Source of the DNA: Felis catus | Lineage: Eukaryota | NCBI RefSeq assembly: GCF_018350175.1 | Contig: NC_058368.1 | Location: 200,944,001 to 201,008,000, forward strand | Direction of reading: 5' to 3' | DNA length: 64,000 bases | Part shown: positions 24,101-37,974 of the stretch, piece after piece | How the letters are laid out: each line of letters opens with the position of its first letter | Numbering within the stretch: position 1 is the first letter of the stretch | Program-made: the position numbers and the translations under genes | Notes under the pieces: model-generated | Database searches by the model: none | Told to the model about the DNA's origin: nothing | Seen by the model: the letters and a program-made list of their open reading frames with translations, nothing else

Positions 24101-27100
24101 TTTTTAAACCTCTGCAATAACGATATAATTTCCTTCTACTCTTGGGTAATTCATATTAGAGATTGAAATTTAAAATATATTTTTATCTTAAAACAGCTTC
24201 AGTATCACTGTGTACCCAAAACGGAAGGTTGGATCACAGCTACATCATATATCTGAATTAAGGAATTTTGATACATATATTTTTTTGTCATTTACTCACG
24301 AAATACGCACATTCATGCACACATACATGGCAAAAATGATGATTTTAACCTATTTGACACACACAGCTCTCCGAAAAGACTGTCATATTGTCGATAAAAT
24401 CATAAACAGTCCTTTGGACCTGTTTTACTTTTGAAAATCTTGAAATAGAGGGTTATCTATACCACTCTTTAGGTCTGAAGGAACAAAGAACGTGTGGACT
24501 CAGAGTTCTGTCTTTCAAGCTTGTAACTGTGTATTTAGAAAAGAACAGAAATGAAGAAATTTCTACTAATTTTTTTTCTTTTAAATTACTGGTCTGAGAG
24601 AAAAAAAAAATCACTGCTATGCTTGGCATTTCTGCTTACTAATCCATAAAAGGAAATTGTGTTGAATTTTTTTTTCAGAGTGAAAATTAGCAAATCTATA
24701 AGTGTTTTTTCATCTTCTGTTTACCTCTCTTTTATGACAAGAATGAAGATAATGATGAAAATATATGTAATACCTAAATGTTGTCAGATATTCATCATAT
24801 TTATATTCCTTACCGACTCCACTGTCCATAGTGATTTAATACTACATTAAAGTCAAACCTGGGAGGACATCATAAACAGCTCTTGTTTAAAGGGCATTGT
24901 GAAGGAGAGCCTTTAATCTGATTGATGAAATAAATGGAAAGTAATCTATCCTCTATTCAACAGCTTGTTGATGATATGAAAGAATTCCTACTCAAGCAAG
25001 CAAGGCTTTAAAGAGAAAGACCTCTTTCATCCTGTCAGCCTCTCATTTTTAGAAAAAAGTTAAGTTTTTCATCATGGTTCAGGGGAGTCCTTGTAAAACG
25101 TTCATTGAAAATTTAAGAGCAATTACAGTGTCAGACAGCTAGAAAAATTGCTTTTACTGAGTGAGAGTTCTCTGACAGATGCATTGTGGGAGAATTGATT
25201 CTTTCTAAGGGATAAGTGAATTGTCATTGTTAGGCTCTTCTCATGACATCTAGCTAGATGTCATCTGCTTTGTAACAGAAGATTTGAATCAGACAACTGT
25301 ACTCAACACTAGACAGTGTCTAGATTAGTTCTGCAAAGAAATAAGGCTTTGCTCTGCATGGCATCAACTGAGCTTTTAAAGATTACAGATGAGCAAGGGT
25401 TTCAAAAAAAAAAGTTAGAAAAATCAAAAACAAAGCTTTATAGCCACTTCAGAAAGCCTGGATGTTTAACCTGTAAGGAAGTCTGTCAAATCCTTGTGGA
25501 AACCATATAGAGAAAAGATCAATAGGATACCTACTGGCTCCATTAGCTTGATGTAAAAGGGGGAGAGGGAAGCTGCTTTTCCACAAGAGAAACTACATTA
25601 TTCCAGGGATTATGCGGGATCAGTTCACTTTGCAGAGAAGAAGAAGAGAAAATGAATGAAGATTCTTGGTGGGCCAGGACTGGAGAGAAAGGGCTTGTCA
25701 GGTAATATAACTGGTGATAAGAAAGTGGCTTATTGACTGGGAGGTGTCTCTAATTAGATATTCATTTGCATAGGGGAAGGTGCCCGTTCTAATCTGGAGT
25801 GAGGCTGGAGGAGATGTGCAGAAAAATGGCTGTCACTCAATCTGCTGCAAGCTAAATCTAACATAATTCGTGAATTTTGTACTCGCTCGTTATTTACACT
25901 GACTTTTAAGAGTGAAGGAATATAGTTGCTGTAGAAAAATATGCGTTTTAATGAATAAAATAACTCTCCACATGTCATATATTTTACAACCTCATGCACG
26001 TTAACCCTTGAACTAGGACTGAAATATTTGGTTATGTACACACGAATAGAAATATTTAGTACAACTTGATGTTATAAAAAGAAAAAGTTTCAGTGTTTTT
26101 AGAAAGGTTATTTCCAGGAATTTATTTATTATTTGTTTTTCTTCTTTTCAATTGATGTTTTATTATAACACTTTATATTTTTAAAAGTTTATTTTAAAAA
26201 ATATTTTTCACAAAATTAGTTTTTGAATATTTTCAGTTAAACTTAGTTGAACATAAACAATACTACTGAGTAGGTAAACTGTGAGTAATTTCAATTTGGG
26301 GGACATGGTTGGCATTCGCCACAATATATCTAGTAATTCATAGAATGGTTCAGAAATTCTTTAATTTTTGTAGAATTGTGTTAATAATTCCCAGTAACAC
26401 TGTGCACTAAAAGTTCAATAACTTTAAAATAATATTTTTAGACATTTACCTCAGCTTTAGCAAAATAGCAAGAGATTAAGTTATTTAACTTCCTCTTTTC
26501 TTTATTGAATTAATTTTAAGTTTTTATGGATTAAAACATTCATAAGAATCTGTAGAAACACAAACCATCAGCACACCCTTAGCGAGAAAAGCTTTGTCTT
26601 CCCAAAACAGTGGCCTGTGTCTGTATTCTTGTTCCGAGCATTCTTGCCATTTATGTTTCCCTGGAGCCCTTTATCAATGTTTATTTGAGTCCTCAAATGA
26701 ATTGATAATGATTCAAAGGGCAAACTTGAATTCTGCTAGTAGAGTACAGTTAAAATTAAAGAACACACAAATCTGACTGCTTTCATTTCTGGTATTTTCC
26801 TTTTAATATCCCCACACATTTGTTTCACTCAGGTTGGCAAAGTGCATTTAAGTAGTTTACTAACAACTGAATTATTTCATGTGTCTCCACCCTAAGCAGT
26901 AATACATTATTCAGTGAATTGCAACATGGAGAGGAGTATGTTATCCAGTCAGTGGTGTTACAATTCAAAGCATTTGGCATGATCAATATCACAATATACA
27001 CTAGGTTTAAAAGAACTTACTTGATTGCATAGAATTTTATAAGTGTAAATCTGACAGTAAGGTAATGTGGTTAAACTGAATGCCACAAACACACAAGTAT

Positions 27101-30100
27101 TGCATCTATCAGTTATTTAAAAACGAATAGGCAACAGAAATTATGTTTTTTCGGCTTTCATAGAGCATGCTCCGATAGGATGCTTGTGTATGAGTCATTT
27201 ACAGTTAGCAAATGGCATAAACAAACTGAATATAATATTTTACAATACATAACAAAAGATAAGCCATTCAAAAGTGTATAAATAGAAACATGCAATTCTT
27301 GTACATAAAATGTGTTTTTAACTTGTTAGAAAACATTGCAAGATATTCTCAGCCCCAAAGTACAGGAACCTGAAAAGGGGTAGAGCTATATTTGGTCATG
27401 TGACCTAAGTGCTCCTTAACTCAAGAATGTGAAATACAGAACAAGCACAATCAAGAGGCATTTATTAATCAACAATTGAGCAATCTAAGAGAAACTCATG
27501 AGAAAGCAGATAAATGAATTTGTGAAATCTATTTCATCAGTGATTTTAGTAACCCATATAAAATATGACTATACATTCTGTTAAATAATTTCCGGCTATT
27601 TTCCAGTGGAAAGTAGATTTCACTTCCATTTTGCCTACTGGCTCCTATTACCCACTTATTTCTGACTAAAATTGACAACAGTTAAAAGAATATTATTTTT
27701 CTCCCTTCAGGTGTATTTAAATATACTTAAGTGTATAGAATTCTTAAGTTTTAAGTACTTTATGAGGAAAAAGCAAATTTTTAATTAAGAAAAAATGTAA
27801 CAGAAGAAAATTGTTTTAATAAGAACTTTTCAATTTTCAGAGAAATGTAAAAATTGTTTATTTTAATCTGTCATACTTAAAATATGGAAAGAATCAATTG
27901 GTATCGGTTGATGAGTCATTCCCCTGCAAGTCCAATGCCCTACATTACAATGGTCACCATTGAGATTGGTTACATGTTACAGCTTACCATTGTTATTAAC
28001 AGCCTGTTGCATTCTATGGGGGAGAATCTTCTGCAATTTCTGAGAGACGTGTCAGAAAAAAACAAAATTTCTAACATTTATTGTTTATTTTTGTGGTGGC
28101 TCCATGTTTATAAAGTAACAAAATAAAGGCTGTGGAATATTTATGATGGAATGAATGGCTTTACTCAGCAATCAGCTGCCCAGTTGAATATGAAATAATT
28201 TGTCTCCATCTATGCTTGTGTGACTCTACCATATGTGGCAAAGTCTATTTCCTGGTGTCATATTATGAAAGACTCAGTAGAGCAGGCTTTTTTCTTCCCC
28301 AATATGAGTCCAAGAATTACTTTAATCTTTTTTCTTCTATGAGAAAAGATAAATGTTATCTGCTGTATATACCTGATGAAACACTTATCTATTTTGATAA
28401 TTAATGAATCCATTTTAAGCACATGTTATACTATCCATCTTTCGTGGTTCAAAAATGGATGACAGTGTGATTACGTCTTTGTGAGATAAGTAAATGTGTA
28501 TATTCTTAGATCATCTGGCTTTTAAAATACCAGCGAAGTAAAACTGTGGCAATTTAGTTGTTTTTCTTAATCTGGACTTCCAATTTGGTAGTGCTGTCTA
28601 TTTCATCGAATGAGAATAAATTATATCATAGTTGATAATTTAAAAACAATAGAGCTACACTGAAGTTGAATATACTAATCATTTACTATTATTTATATAT
28701 TTATATATTTTCCAAAATGTGTGACATAAGATGTTCCTCTGGGCAGTGTTGATGTAGATATGAGCAAAAGATACAGTCAACCCTATTTACTCCACGGGAA
28801 AGAAAGTGTCGAGAATGGAAGACACATGGACCCCTTCAGAGCGCCACTCATGTCAGTGGTTCTAACGAGCAGTGACTTAGAACAGTCAGCATTTTTTAAC
28901 AATGTGGCCTTCACTCTAAATGCAGCTAAAACTTTATGGTTAGCCAGCACAGTTGTGACCTCAGTTTTGAAGAGGCGTGATGAAACTAAATATCAGGTTT
29001 TTAAGAGTTAGAAAATTTGTATTCTTAAACTTAGAAAATTAAAGGTAAACCTAGGATACTATTTTATATTCCTATATTTTACCACAATTAGAATGTTTAG
29101 AAAACCTGTTTTATATATTTAAGATAATAAAGACCCAAAAAAGTATTTTTCTAGGATACTCTTCTCCTCATTCCATTCAGTTAGGCACTGTCCTATCTAA
29201 AATTTTGAAAATTCTTCCCTAAATCTATTGAAACACATTGCCCCTGGTCATGTTACCCAGTATTTGCAGTTGAAAAAATATTAACCACTGGAAAGCATTA
29301 TCATAATGTTCCAAAATATAGTAAAACTAGATGATATAAGAGGTAAATATATGCCAAACTAAGAATTGTACCTAGAACTGGACATCAAGGTTTGGACAGG
29401 TAGGAATTAATAAATTAAACTTTTGAAAAGTACTTTTTTCCTTTTGTTTCATATTTCTTGGTGTGTAATCTGCAAATTTCAAATGACATAGCCACTCCCA
29501 GGGTGGAATACTCATGTCCACAGCACCTAACAGAACAGCATTCACATAAATCAGTTGAAAGCAAAGACAAAAGCTGAAATATGCCCAGGTTGTCAATTTG
29601 TGTTTAATGTGTTATGGAAGTTGCAATGTCTTTTAATTGAAATATATTTCAGGTGGGGAGAGCAGAGAAGAGGACTTAATATAGACTAAGACTTACTAAA
29701 TGTCTCTTTCAAGATACTTATATTGAACTCATTCACTTTGCTTTTTTAAAAAAATTGCAATTTTAACTGGTATGATGGGTTCCTTTTTCTTGAATTAATG
29801 AGTTATTTTAGCAACATTTAGGCTATAGTGTGGGAAATGATTAGAGCAAAATCAGGTTAAAGTTGAGCATTCCCTACTTGAGCCTTTTTGTTATCATCTT
29901 CTGTTGTAATGGCATGCTACCATTGGGATTTGCTTTCCCAAAGTGATTGAAGAAATAGAAAGATAGAAAGAGGGAACTGGTTACAGTGGTGATAACAGGC
30001 TATCTCTACGGGTTATATTTAAAGCTGTGATGACACTCAAGTCTTCTCTTAAAAATACATCGTTCTCTGTGATGTGTGTTACAGACATTAAGAATGACAG

Positions 30101-30231
30101 TGCGCCATATCAAAAATTCCTTATATAATTGTGAATTAATATTATTCATTGAAAATTGATCTCTAATTAAAGAGAGCTTGGTATAGTTTTAAATTATGTA
30201 TATTTTCATATTAGAGAATGTCAAATATTTT

Positions 30232-30414
30232 TTTAAGTTTATTTATTTATTTAGAGACACAGGGTGGGAGAGGGTTAGAGGGAGGGGGAGAGAGAGAATC
30301 TTAAGCAGGCTCCATGTTTTCAGCGACAGGGTGCTGGATCTCATGAGTGGTGAGATCGTGACTTGGGCCGAAGTCGAGTCAGATGCTTAACCAACTGAGC
30401 CACTCAGGCTCCCC
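30232..30414 (-). mobile_element. Older CanSINE
   Basis: gagagagaatcttaagcaggctcc form; TSD aatg[t/a]caaatatttt. Confidence 0.93.
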
Positions 30415-30457
30415 AAATGACAAATATTTTAAATGCTGATCAACAAGAGCTTAGGTT

Positions 30458-30571
30458 GGGGTGCCTGTCAGCACAGAGTCTGCTTGGGATCCTCTTTCTC
30501 CTTCTCCCTGTGCCTCTACCCTGCTCATGTTCTCTCTCTCTCAAAATAAAATAAACTTAAAACAAACAAAC
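30458..30571 (+). mobile_element. CanSINE with the tRNA-like region deleted
   Basis: ggggtgcctg joined directly to tcagcacagag; CT tract, tail and TSD acaag.gctt.ggtt are retained. Confidence 0.88.
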
Positions 30572-32028
30572 ACAAGGGCTTCGGTTAGGCAGCATTTCTC
30601 AAAGTCATTTCACTTAGAGGCTCTAATCAAAGAATGTCTAGCTGGACAATATTTCAATGAAACACATGTTGAAAAATACTATCCTACTATAGCAGTAGAT
30701 AACAAGGTCTAGATCTTTCAAGAGACACATTATACATATAAACCAACTTGGGGAAAAACCCAAAGCATTAGATCACACTGCAGATGGCTCCAAACTTTAG
30801 AGAAAACAAAAAAGTATTTTTCAAAGACTTGACTTTACTATGGAAAACATTCTAGAAGTTAGTTCTGAAAAAACTGGTTGGCACGTTTTAAATTCTACAT
30901 TTTATGAATACCAAGAATTCATAAAAGTACACTTTTTCTCTCTTCTTCCAATTCTCTTCATCAGGAGCTAGGCACATATGTTTTAATATAGTCTCTTTGC
31001 TTCTAATTACTCCCCCATCAAAAACTGTCCTACTTTGATTCATATTAAATTTCTGAAAATACCACATATTTTAAGGTAATATATATTCAAGGACCAAAGC
31101 AAGTAGTGAAGATTATAAGATCTCTATGGAAAATAGAAATCACTGTGTCCCAGAATGCTTAGCAAAAGTCCCCAGGAAGAGTGTGAGTTTGAGTGGGAGT
31201 ATTTCCCAAATGCTAACGTAAAAGAATACAATGGTCAGGAACATGCATAAGGAAGTGTTCTCTAAAGACTATCAGTACATAAACTAAAATGATATGACAG
31301 TGTGTCCACAGTGTGGTCTTTGGTGTTAATTTTCAATATTTCATCATGAAAGTGACCTTGAAAATCTGAGCTAACTATGGATGAGAGGAATGTCTCTATG
31401 TTTCCTGTTCCCTGTTATCTTTCACATTTAACACTACTTGTTTCTTGTGTTCTCTTTTATCAAAGAATATTATAGGTTGCTATTAATCTCAGCCTTGAAT
31501 GGTGTCAAGAACAAGACATCCAATGGAAAGGATTCTTGTCTAAGACTGCAAATGCCTATGCTTGAACTTGAAGTCTGTTGCTATAGCCCTTAGCCTTGTC
31601 TATGTCTGCCCCAGAATTATGCTGAGGTATGACAATGTATGCCTGACCCTATTTGTTAGGAGTGATTTATAGAGTGCCTTGCTTCTTAGGAGCAGAACAC
31701 AATCTGTACTGAACCTTACATCAAAGAATTTTTCTGTATTAGTCTCTATTTACTGTATCACATTTTCAAATTCTACTCACCATCCACTCCACAAATCCAT
31801 TAGTGGTTTGTGACTTTGTTGATAAACTGTCCACCTTAATTTATACATTATTTTATAATCACAACATTGCTTTACACTATTGGCAATTAAATCATGTTTA
31901 AATGAACCACATAAATAAAGGTGGTAAATAGTTTCCTGGGATTTAATTAATTTAATTAAGACCTGAGTAATCTTAGTTTTAAATCCCTAAATTTCCTCAT
32001 TCTTCTTTTGCTATGCCTTTCATTTACC

Positions 32029-32039
32029 ACATACACACA

Positions 32040-32077
<38 letters not shown>

Positions 32078-32088
32078 CACACACGCAC
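32029..32088. repeat. (CA)n microsatellite, imperfect
   Basis: Direct observation. Confidence 0.95.
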
Positions 32089-32689
32089 TCAAATAGCTTG
32101 CTGGCTAGCCTCAATCTTCAGAAATTCTCAGGTTTCCAGAATTATTCTGACATGGAAATAACCTAATAAGAGTCTTGATGGTTGACATGGTTCTAATATA
32201 TCCAGTAATTACAAATATAGTTCCAAAATCGTTGAAAAATAAAGGCTATATTTAGTGAACTCTGGTCTTTACTCTTATGGAATAATGTAGAACTTCGCAT
32301 TAGGTGGTGACATTCACAGCTCATGTGCAAAACTGCACATTACACAGTAGAGTTTCAAGAGTGGAGAGAAGTGATCAATTGGTATGGTAATCTACAGAGC
32401 TGAGAAACAGTGGTGGCAGCAACGACCACAATGAAAGGGATTTACAGTAGGGTTGGGGGCAACAATAGCAACAACTGTTTCTTATTCCAACCAGTGCCAG
32501 GCAGCAAATTGCAGACACTCAGACAATGGCAAGTGTTAAAAAGATAAAAGATAGAGCAGCTTGGCACTTGAGTAGATAACTGGATGCTGGGGAGAAGCAG
32601 CCAATTGCAACCTGATACATATCCCCTAAAAGGCTTCAATGTGTCATCTGTAAGCATGCCAATCACTGGAATTCAGAAGCCCTGAAGAT

Positions 32690-32930
32690 ACACAACAGTG
32701 CAGTGAAAGCATCAAGTACTTAGTAATGCAAACCTGGGTTTGGAAGTGAGACTCGGTTACTTTACTATCTTTGTCACTTTGGGCCAGCCTCTCAAGCCTC
32801 AGTTTCCAAATCTTTAAATTAAGCTGAGCATATATGCCTCTTATGTTTATGATAAATATTAAATGAAACCACATAAGTTTAGCACCAAGCAGAAAGCACA
32901 TAATAAATACTTAGAAAACAGTATTGTGTC
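32690..32930 (+). mobile_element. MIR
   Basis: aacctgggtttggaag...ctttgggccagcctctcaagcctcagtttccaaatctttaaa. Confidence 0.8.
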
Positions 32931-34214
32931 ATTGAGCTCTGGGCTCCCTGCCATTTGTTAGAACTATTGATTTTTATTATAGAAAATACTTTGAAAAATC
33001 CAACAATAAATTACTGTTAATAGATGCTTTAATGAGAAGTTATGTTGAACATGTATAATGTAAATTATTATTTAAACAAAAACTGCAGAAATTCATTTAT
33101 CCTTTCAGTATCTGGTAGTAGGGATTCAGTGTGAGTGATTTAGAGATAATTGAAGGTTATTTTTGAATATTTTTAATATATTTTGGTCATTTGGTATGAA
33201 AAAACCTCATAAAAATGAACCCTTTCACATTTTCTTGGAAAAAAGTCAACATAATGAATTAGATGTCTGTTTTGAACAGATACAATCCTGCTATAAATGG
33301 CTACAGATTACGGCCATTTGAAAGATTTTTTTTCTTTTTTGGTGTGGTTTCAGGATTTTTTTCTTTGTCTCTAATTTTTGCTTCTCACCTGCCATCAAGT
33401 ACTATTTAATCTATGCCTCCAAAATGAGCCCAATCAAACTCTAAAGCCCGCATACAAACATCCCCCTGCCACAAATACGCTCAGTCACAGTGTCATCGAT
33501 CATCTACCGTGACTACCAAACTTGTTTAGATTTTTGATAACATAGAAGTCCACAGGATTTGATGAACAGAGATGTGAAAACATTTTTAGGAAGTTACACA
33601 AGCTTTGATGTGGAGACTTAGGATATTTATTTGACTTCTCACAAGACATTTTTCTCTTTATCTGTGAGTTCTTAGCTGTGTTCCAGAGAAGCAAGTATGC
33701 CAGATGAATAACCTTCAGATGAGTGAATTATAACTATCCCCTTGCTTTGGTTTAATAAAAATAATTTGCTTGTCTGAAAAATACATTACGTGTTCATTAG
33801 AGAAAACAGTTTTCCCTCTTAAATTTGTAGAAAAGGCTAAATAATTTGCACACATTTTCACACATCAGCTTGGAGGTATGTTTTTCCAAGTGCTTTTTTG
33901 CATCACCATGTGATCACCCAGACGATTTGGGAATTTATATGATTCTTCACAGTAGGTCAATTGTGTCAAATTGAATAGAACAAAAGATAAAGTCAGTATC
34001 TTCAACACTGACTAGAGGGCACACATAGGTTACATAATATTCTGCTGAAGTCTTAGAGTTTCCATCTGCTGCTTAGAAAGTCTTTTGACTTTAGGGTTTG
34101 GCAGCCACTGCAAATACGTTTGTACCACTTCCATATTGAGTCGTAGAAATTGAACCCGTACGGGTAGAACAGGTTAGTGCCTTCAACTGTCACAGACACG
34201 CTCTGTGCATCCTG

Positions 34215-34865
34215 AGTAATGTGGTGCAAATTTGTTGTTTCTAGAATACCAATCTGATCATGTCATTCCCTTTCTTAAAATTTTATAAAGATGAAACATG
34301 GTAGAGGAGTTCCTTCATTATTCTAGACCCATACCTTGCTGCAGCTCCCCTCCCTACCCACCTCACACATGGTCACACAAACACCTTACTCTTCAGTTAC
34401 ATGCAAGGGCTTAGAGTTCCCAAGCACCGAGCAGTATGTGTCAATGCTTTCAAACATGTAGCTTCGTATTTCTAGAAATCCTTTCCTCCCCAACCTCTTT
34501 GCTTCCTAATCTCATTATGCTCCACTTCTGTTCCCCCTACCCCTTCTACCTATGTTTGGCTATTCTCTATTTGTCTTTTGACTCTTATCTGGAATGTCAT
34601 ATTCCCTAAGAAGGCTTTCTAACCTATTCCCAATTGCCAATTGGATTCAGTGATTCTTCAATGTTCTGTAATTTCTTACGCTCACCTTCGTCATAGCACC
34701 TAGAACAATAAAGTACATCTCTACTGCTCTTTATTGATTTTTTCTCTATTAAACTGTGAGTGATCTGCAGTCAAGGACTACATTTCAGTATGTTTGTGTC
34801 CCCAACACAATGTATGAGTTTTAGTAACTGTTCAATAAATGTCTGTTGATTGAGGGAGTGAATCA
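34215..34865 (+). mobile_element. L2 3' portion
   Basis: aatctgatcatgtcattccctttcttaaaa...ttaaactgtgag...ttcaataaatgtctgttgattga. Confidence 0.85.
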
Positions 34866-35471
34866 AGATGGAAAGAGATATTTGTTAAATGCAGTTGAAG
34901 ATGTCTTTCATTTTTTTCCTTCTCATGCTTAACCCAATCAGATTTTCTAAAACAAATTAACATGTGAATCACTGTCTAGAGTTTATATTTCATTCAAAAT
35001 GGCCAGTGGTTATTTTCTAAACATTTGTTTCCTGTCTCTCCTTTTAACATGTTCTCATTTTAATAATTATAAAAGAATTTCAAAGATAGTGTTCTGTTTC
35101 TTCTAGAGTGGGTTAGATACAATTCTGGGGAAATATAAATTATACCTACAGGAGTCATAACCAAGGTGAACAGTGAGAAGTGAAAAATATAATCATGCTG
35201 ACTTCACAGCCAAAGCTAGGGCCAAACAAAGTAGTAATTAATGTAAGCAATTGTATGTATATATCCTTCTATCATTATATTTTTCTCTATGGAAAGATCA
35301 ACCTTTTAATGAGAAGGGCAAAATTACATTTATTGTAAGACAGTAAAACAAAATAAATTTAGATGATTTTACATACTAATGGTACTTAGAGTACTATTGA
35401 ACCATTTTAGTTAGGGAAAGAATATAGGGTGCATGTGTTTCCTGAAATTTTATTAAAAAGTTTCAATTTTC

Positions 35472-35678
35472 GGGGGCACCTGGGTGGCTCAGTCGGTTAA
35501 GCATCCGACTTCAGCTCAGGTCATGATCTCACAATTCATGAGTTTGAGCCCCATGTCGGGCTCTGGGCTGATAGCTCAGAGCCTGGAGCCTGCTTCAGAT
35601 TCTGTGTCTCCCTCTCTCTCTGATCCTCCCCTACTCATGCTCTGTCTCTCTCTGTCTCAAAAATAAATAAAACATTTT
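35472..35678 (+). mobile_element. CanSINE
   Basis: 19-bp TSD ttaaaaagtttcaattttc at 35453-35471 and 35679-35697. Confidence 0.97.
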
Positions 35679-35879
35679 TTAAAAAGTTTCAATTTTCAAA
35701 AAAGTGATACATTTCTTGAGTCATACCTATGTAACCCCATAATCAATATTTAGAGAAATTCTGCACTAGATTTTAAAATTATCTTTTCTGAGCATAGAGA
35801 AAGAACTATGACTGCCAGGAGTCAGCAGGGGCAAACAAATGGACAGAGGTAAATCTCATTTTGTACCGAGTCACTATCC

Positions 35880-37070
35880 AGGCAGAGACGGAGACTTCTA
35901 TAGATTTAGCATATCAGAATTCTTGTAATACATTTGACAACATTTCTGATGGTTTCTCTAGTAGTGAAGAGCCATACATGTGGTGGTAAGGAAACATTTA
36001 ATAAATCTGAGAGCAAGACCATACCAGAAGAATGTTTATTTACAGTTGTTTTTATCCTGAAGAATGATATTTTGCAAGGCTTTACCCTCAGTCTTGTCCT
36101 ACTCAGTTTCTTAAAAACGGTTTGGATAAGAATGTGCACTGATTTTGCTTTTTGATCCAGCTTCTTAACATTAAGTTAAGAAAGACAACAAAATATCTCT
36201 GCAGATTTGAAAGTGGAAAGGCTCAGGTATAGTAGTGTACTGTAAGTCTAATATGAATCGACAATGGAAGAGACTTGCAAAAATAGCTAAAGAAACATTC
36301 ATCTGCAATAATCACCCTAAACTATCTGTCAAGATCCAGTGCCATACTCTTTATGGCACTGAAACATCAGAGCATGTCTAGGGGTGGTGGTCAGAATGGA
36401 AACATCTTCAAATTTGAAAATATCAAAAATTGATTTCCCGGATCTGGAAGCCAGAATGATTGCAGCCTTTCCATGCGTGAAGAACTGTCACAAGGAAAGA
36501 GGACTATAACTGGTCCATGACACCCGCATTCAGTTGAACTGAACCCAATGGGTGATGTCCACAGAAGGCACATACGGTGGATATGCAGAACACATAGACC
36601 CATATGCACATACATGGACACACTTTCTGTCAGTCAGAACTATCCAAAGATAAAACGAATGTTCATAGGAATTAAACAGTTCCCAGTTAGGGCAGGTTTC
36701 AAGTCAAATTTGACAAGAAGACTATATGGGATAGTCATGTATCAGGGACAATGTAGAAAAAATTTATTTATTTTATTTATTTTTTTATTTTTTTAATTTT
36801 TGGGACAGAGAGAGACAGAGCATGAACGGGGGAGGGGCAGAGAGAGAGGGAGACACAGAATCAGAAACAGGCTCCAGGCCCTGAGCCATCAGCCCAGAGC
36901 CCGACGCGGGGCTCGAACTCACGGACCGCGAGATCCTGACCTGGCTGAAGTCGGACGCTTAACCGACTGCGCCACCCAGGCGCCCCTAGAAAAAATTTAA
37001 ATATGTGATTGAGTAGAAAACAGAAGAGTTGAGTCAGGTGACCTCCAACAGCTTTCCAACCTGAGATCAT
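35880..37070 (+). mobile_element. Degenerate L3/CR1 remnants, interrupted by a SINE
   Basis: catttgacaacatttctgatg...gcaaggctttaccctcagtcttgtcctactca; 3' end gagttgagtcaggtgacctccaacagctttccaacctgagat. Confidence 0.5.
36767..36986 (-). mobile_element. Young felid CanSINE (SINEC_Fc-type)
   Basis: 13-bp TSD tagaaaaaattta at 36754-36766 and 36987-36999; CpGs intact. Confidence 0.97.
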
Positions 37071-37139
37071 GTTTCCCTAGAAATAGCAGTAGTAAGAATA
37101 TTCACCATAATAGCAGCAATGGTGGTAGTGGTAGTCACA

Positions 37140-37350
37140 GCTCTCTTTAATTGAGTATTTTCAATTTTCCATGCTCTGTGCTTAGCATTCTATAATCCTC
37201 ACAAGAAACCTACGAAGTTTGTATCACTTGTTGTGTTTAATCCATAAAAGGAACGTGGAGGTTCAGGAAACCCTAGAACACATGGAGAGTGGATCAAGAT
37301 TTAAACACATGTATGCATGACTGTAGACACCTCCCTCTTACACACTATTT
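37140..37350 (-). mobile_element. MIR
   Basis: ttgagtattt...ctctgtgcttagcatt...aatcctcacaagaaacctacgaag. Confidence 0.6.
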
Positions 37351-37974
37351 AGTGCAATAGAGCTGAATCAGTGAGCTGAGACTGGACATAGCACAATAAT
37401 TCAAAGTCAACATTTGTGCAGGAGAGAAAATCCAAAGTTAGTTATGTCTAGGAAAACATTTCCGAACAAGATCAGTTTCAAAAACTGATCTCAACTCTGC
37501 TGCACTAAGTGGCAAGGCATAGACCACTAGGTAGCAAGGGATTTGTGTCCCATGTATATGTGGATGTGAACAAGTTACTCACTTGAGTACACTGAGCTCT
37601 ATGGAAGGTCCATTCATCAGCCCTAAGAGTCTTAAGAAAAAACTAGTGAATGAATTATTGCTAGAGTATACTAATATACCATTGTGTACTAGTATAACTA
37701 TGTGGACTCTAAAATTTAATTTCTGTCCCCTAGACCTCTCTTTCAAAATAATAGATACAATGTAAGAGTCTTAGTGTAATTTTCCTCTCCAACCCTCACT
37801 TTTACACATATACAAAAGGGTAACATATTGTTAGAATAATCAGCAAGTTTTATTTGGAAGGTAATTGCCAAATATTGTATGGATACAAAGACAAGATTCT
37901 GGAGAAATTAATTAGTATTTCCTGCTTCACAAAGCAAATGTGTAGCATATTTAAGAATAAGATACAGGTTTGCA

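Noticed and set aside
27690..27730. Strong-looking splice acceptor ttttttctcccttcag|gt (similar ones near 6790, 24678 and 29652)
   Set aside because: No open frame with a matching donor downstream; such sites are common in AT-rich DNA.
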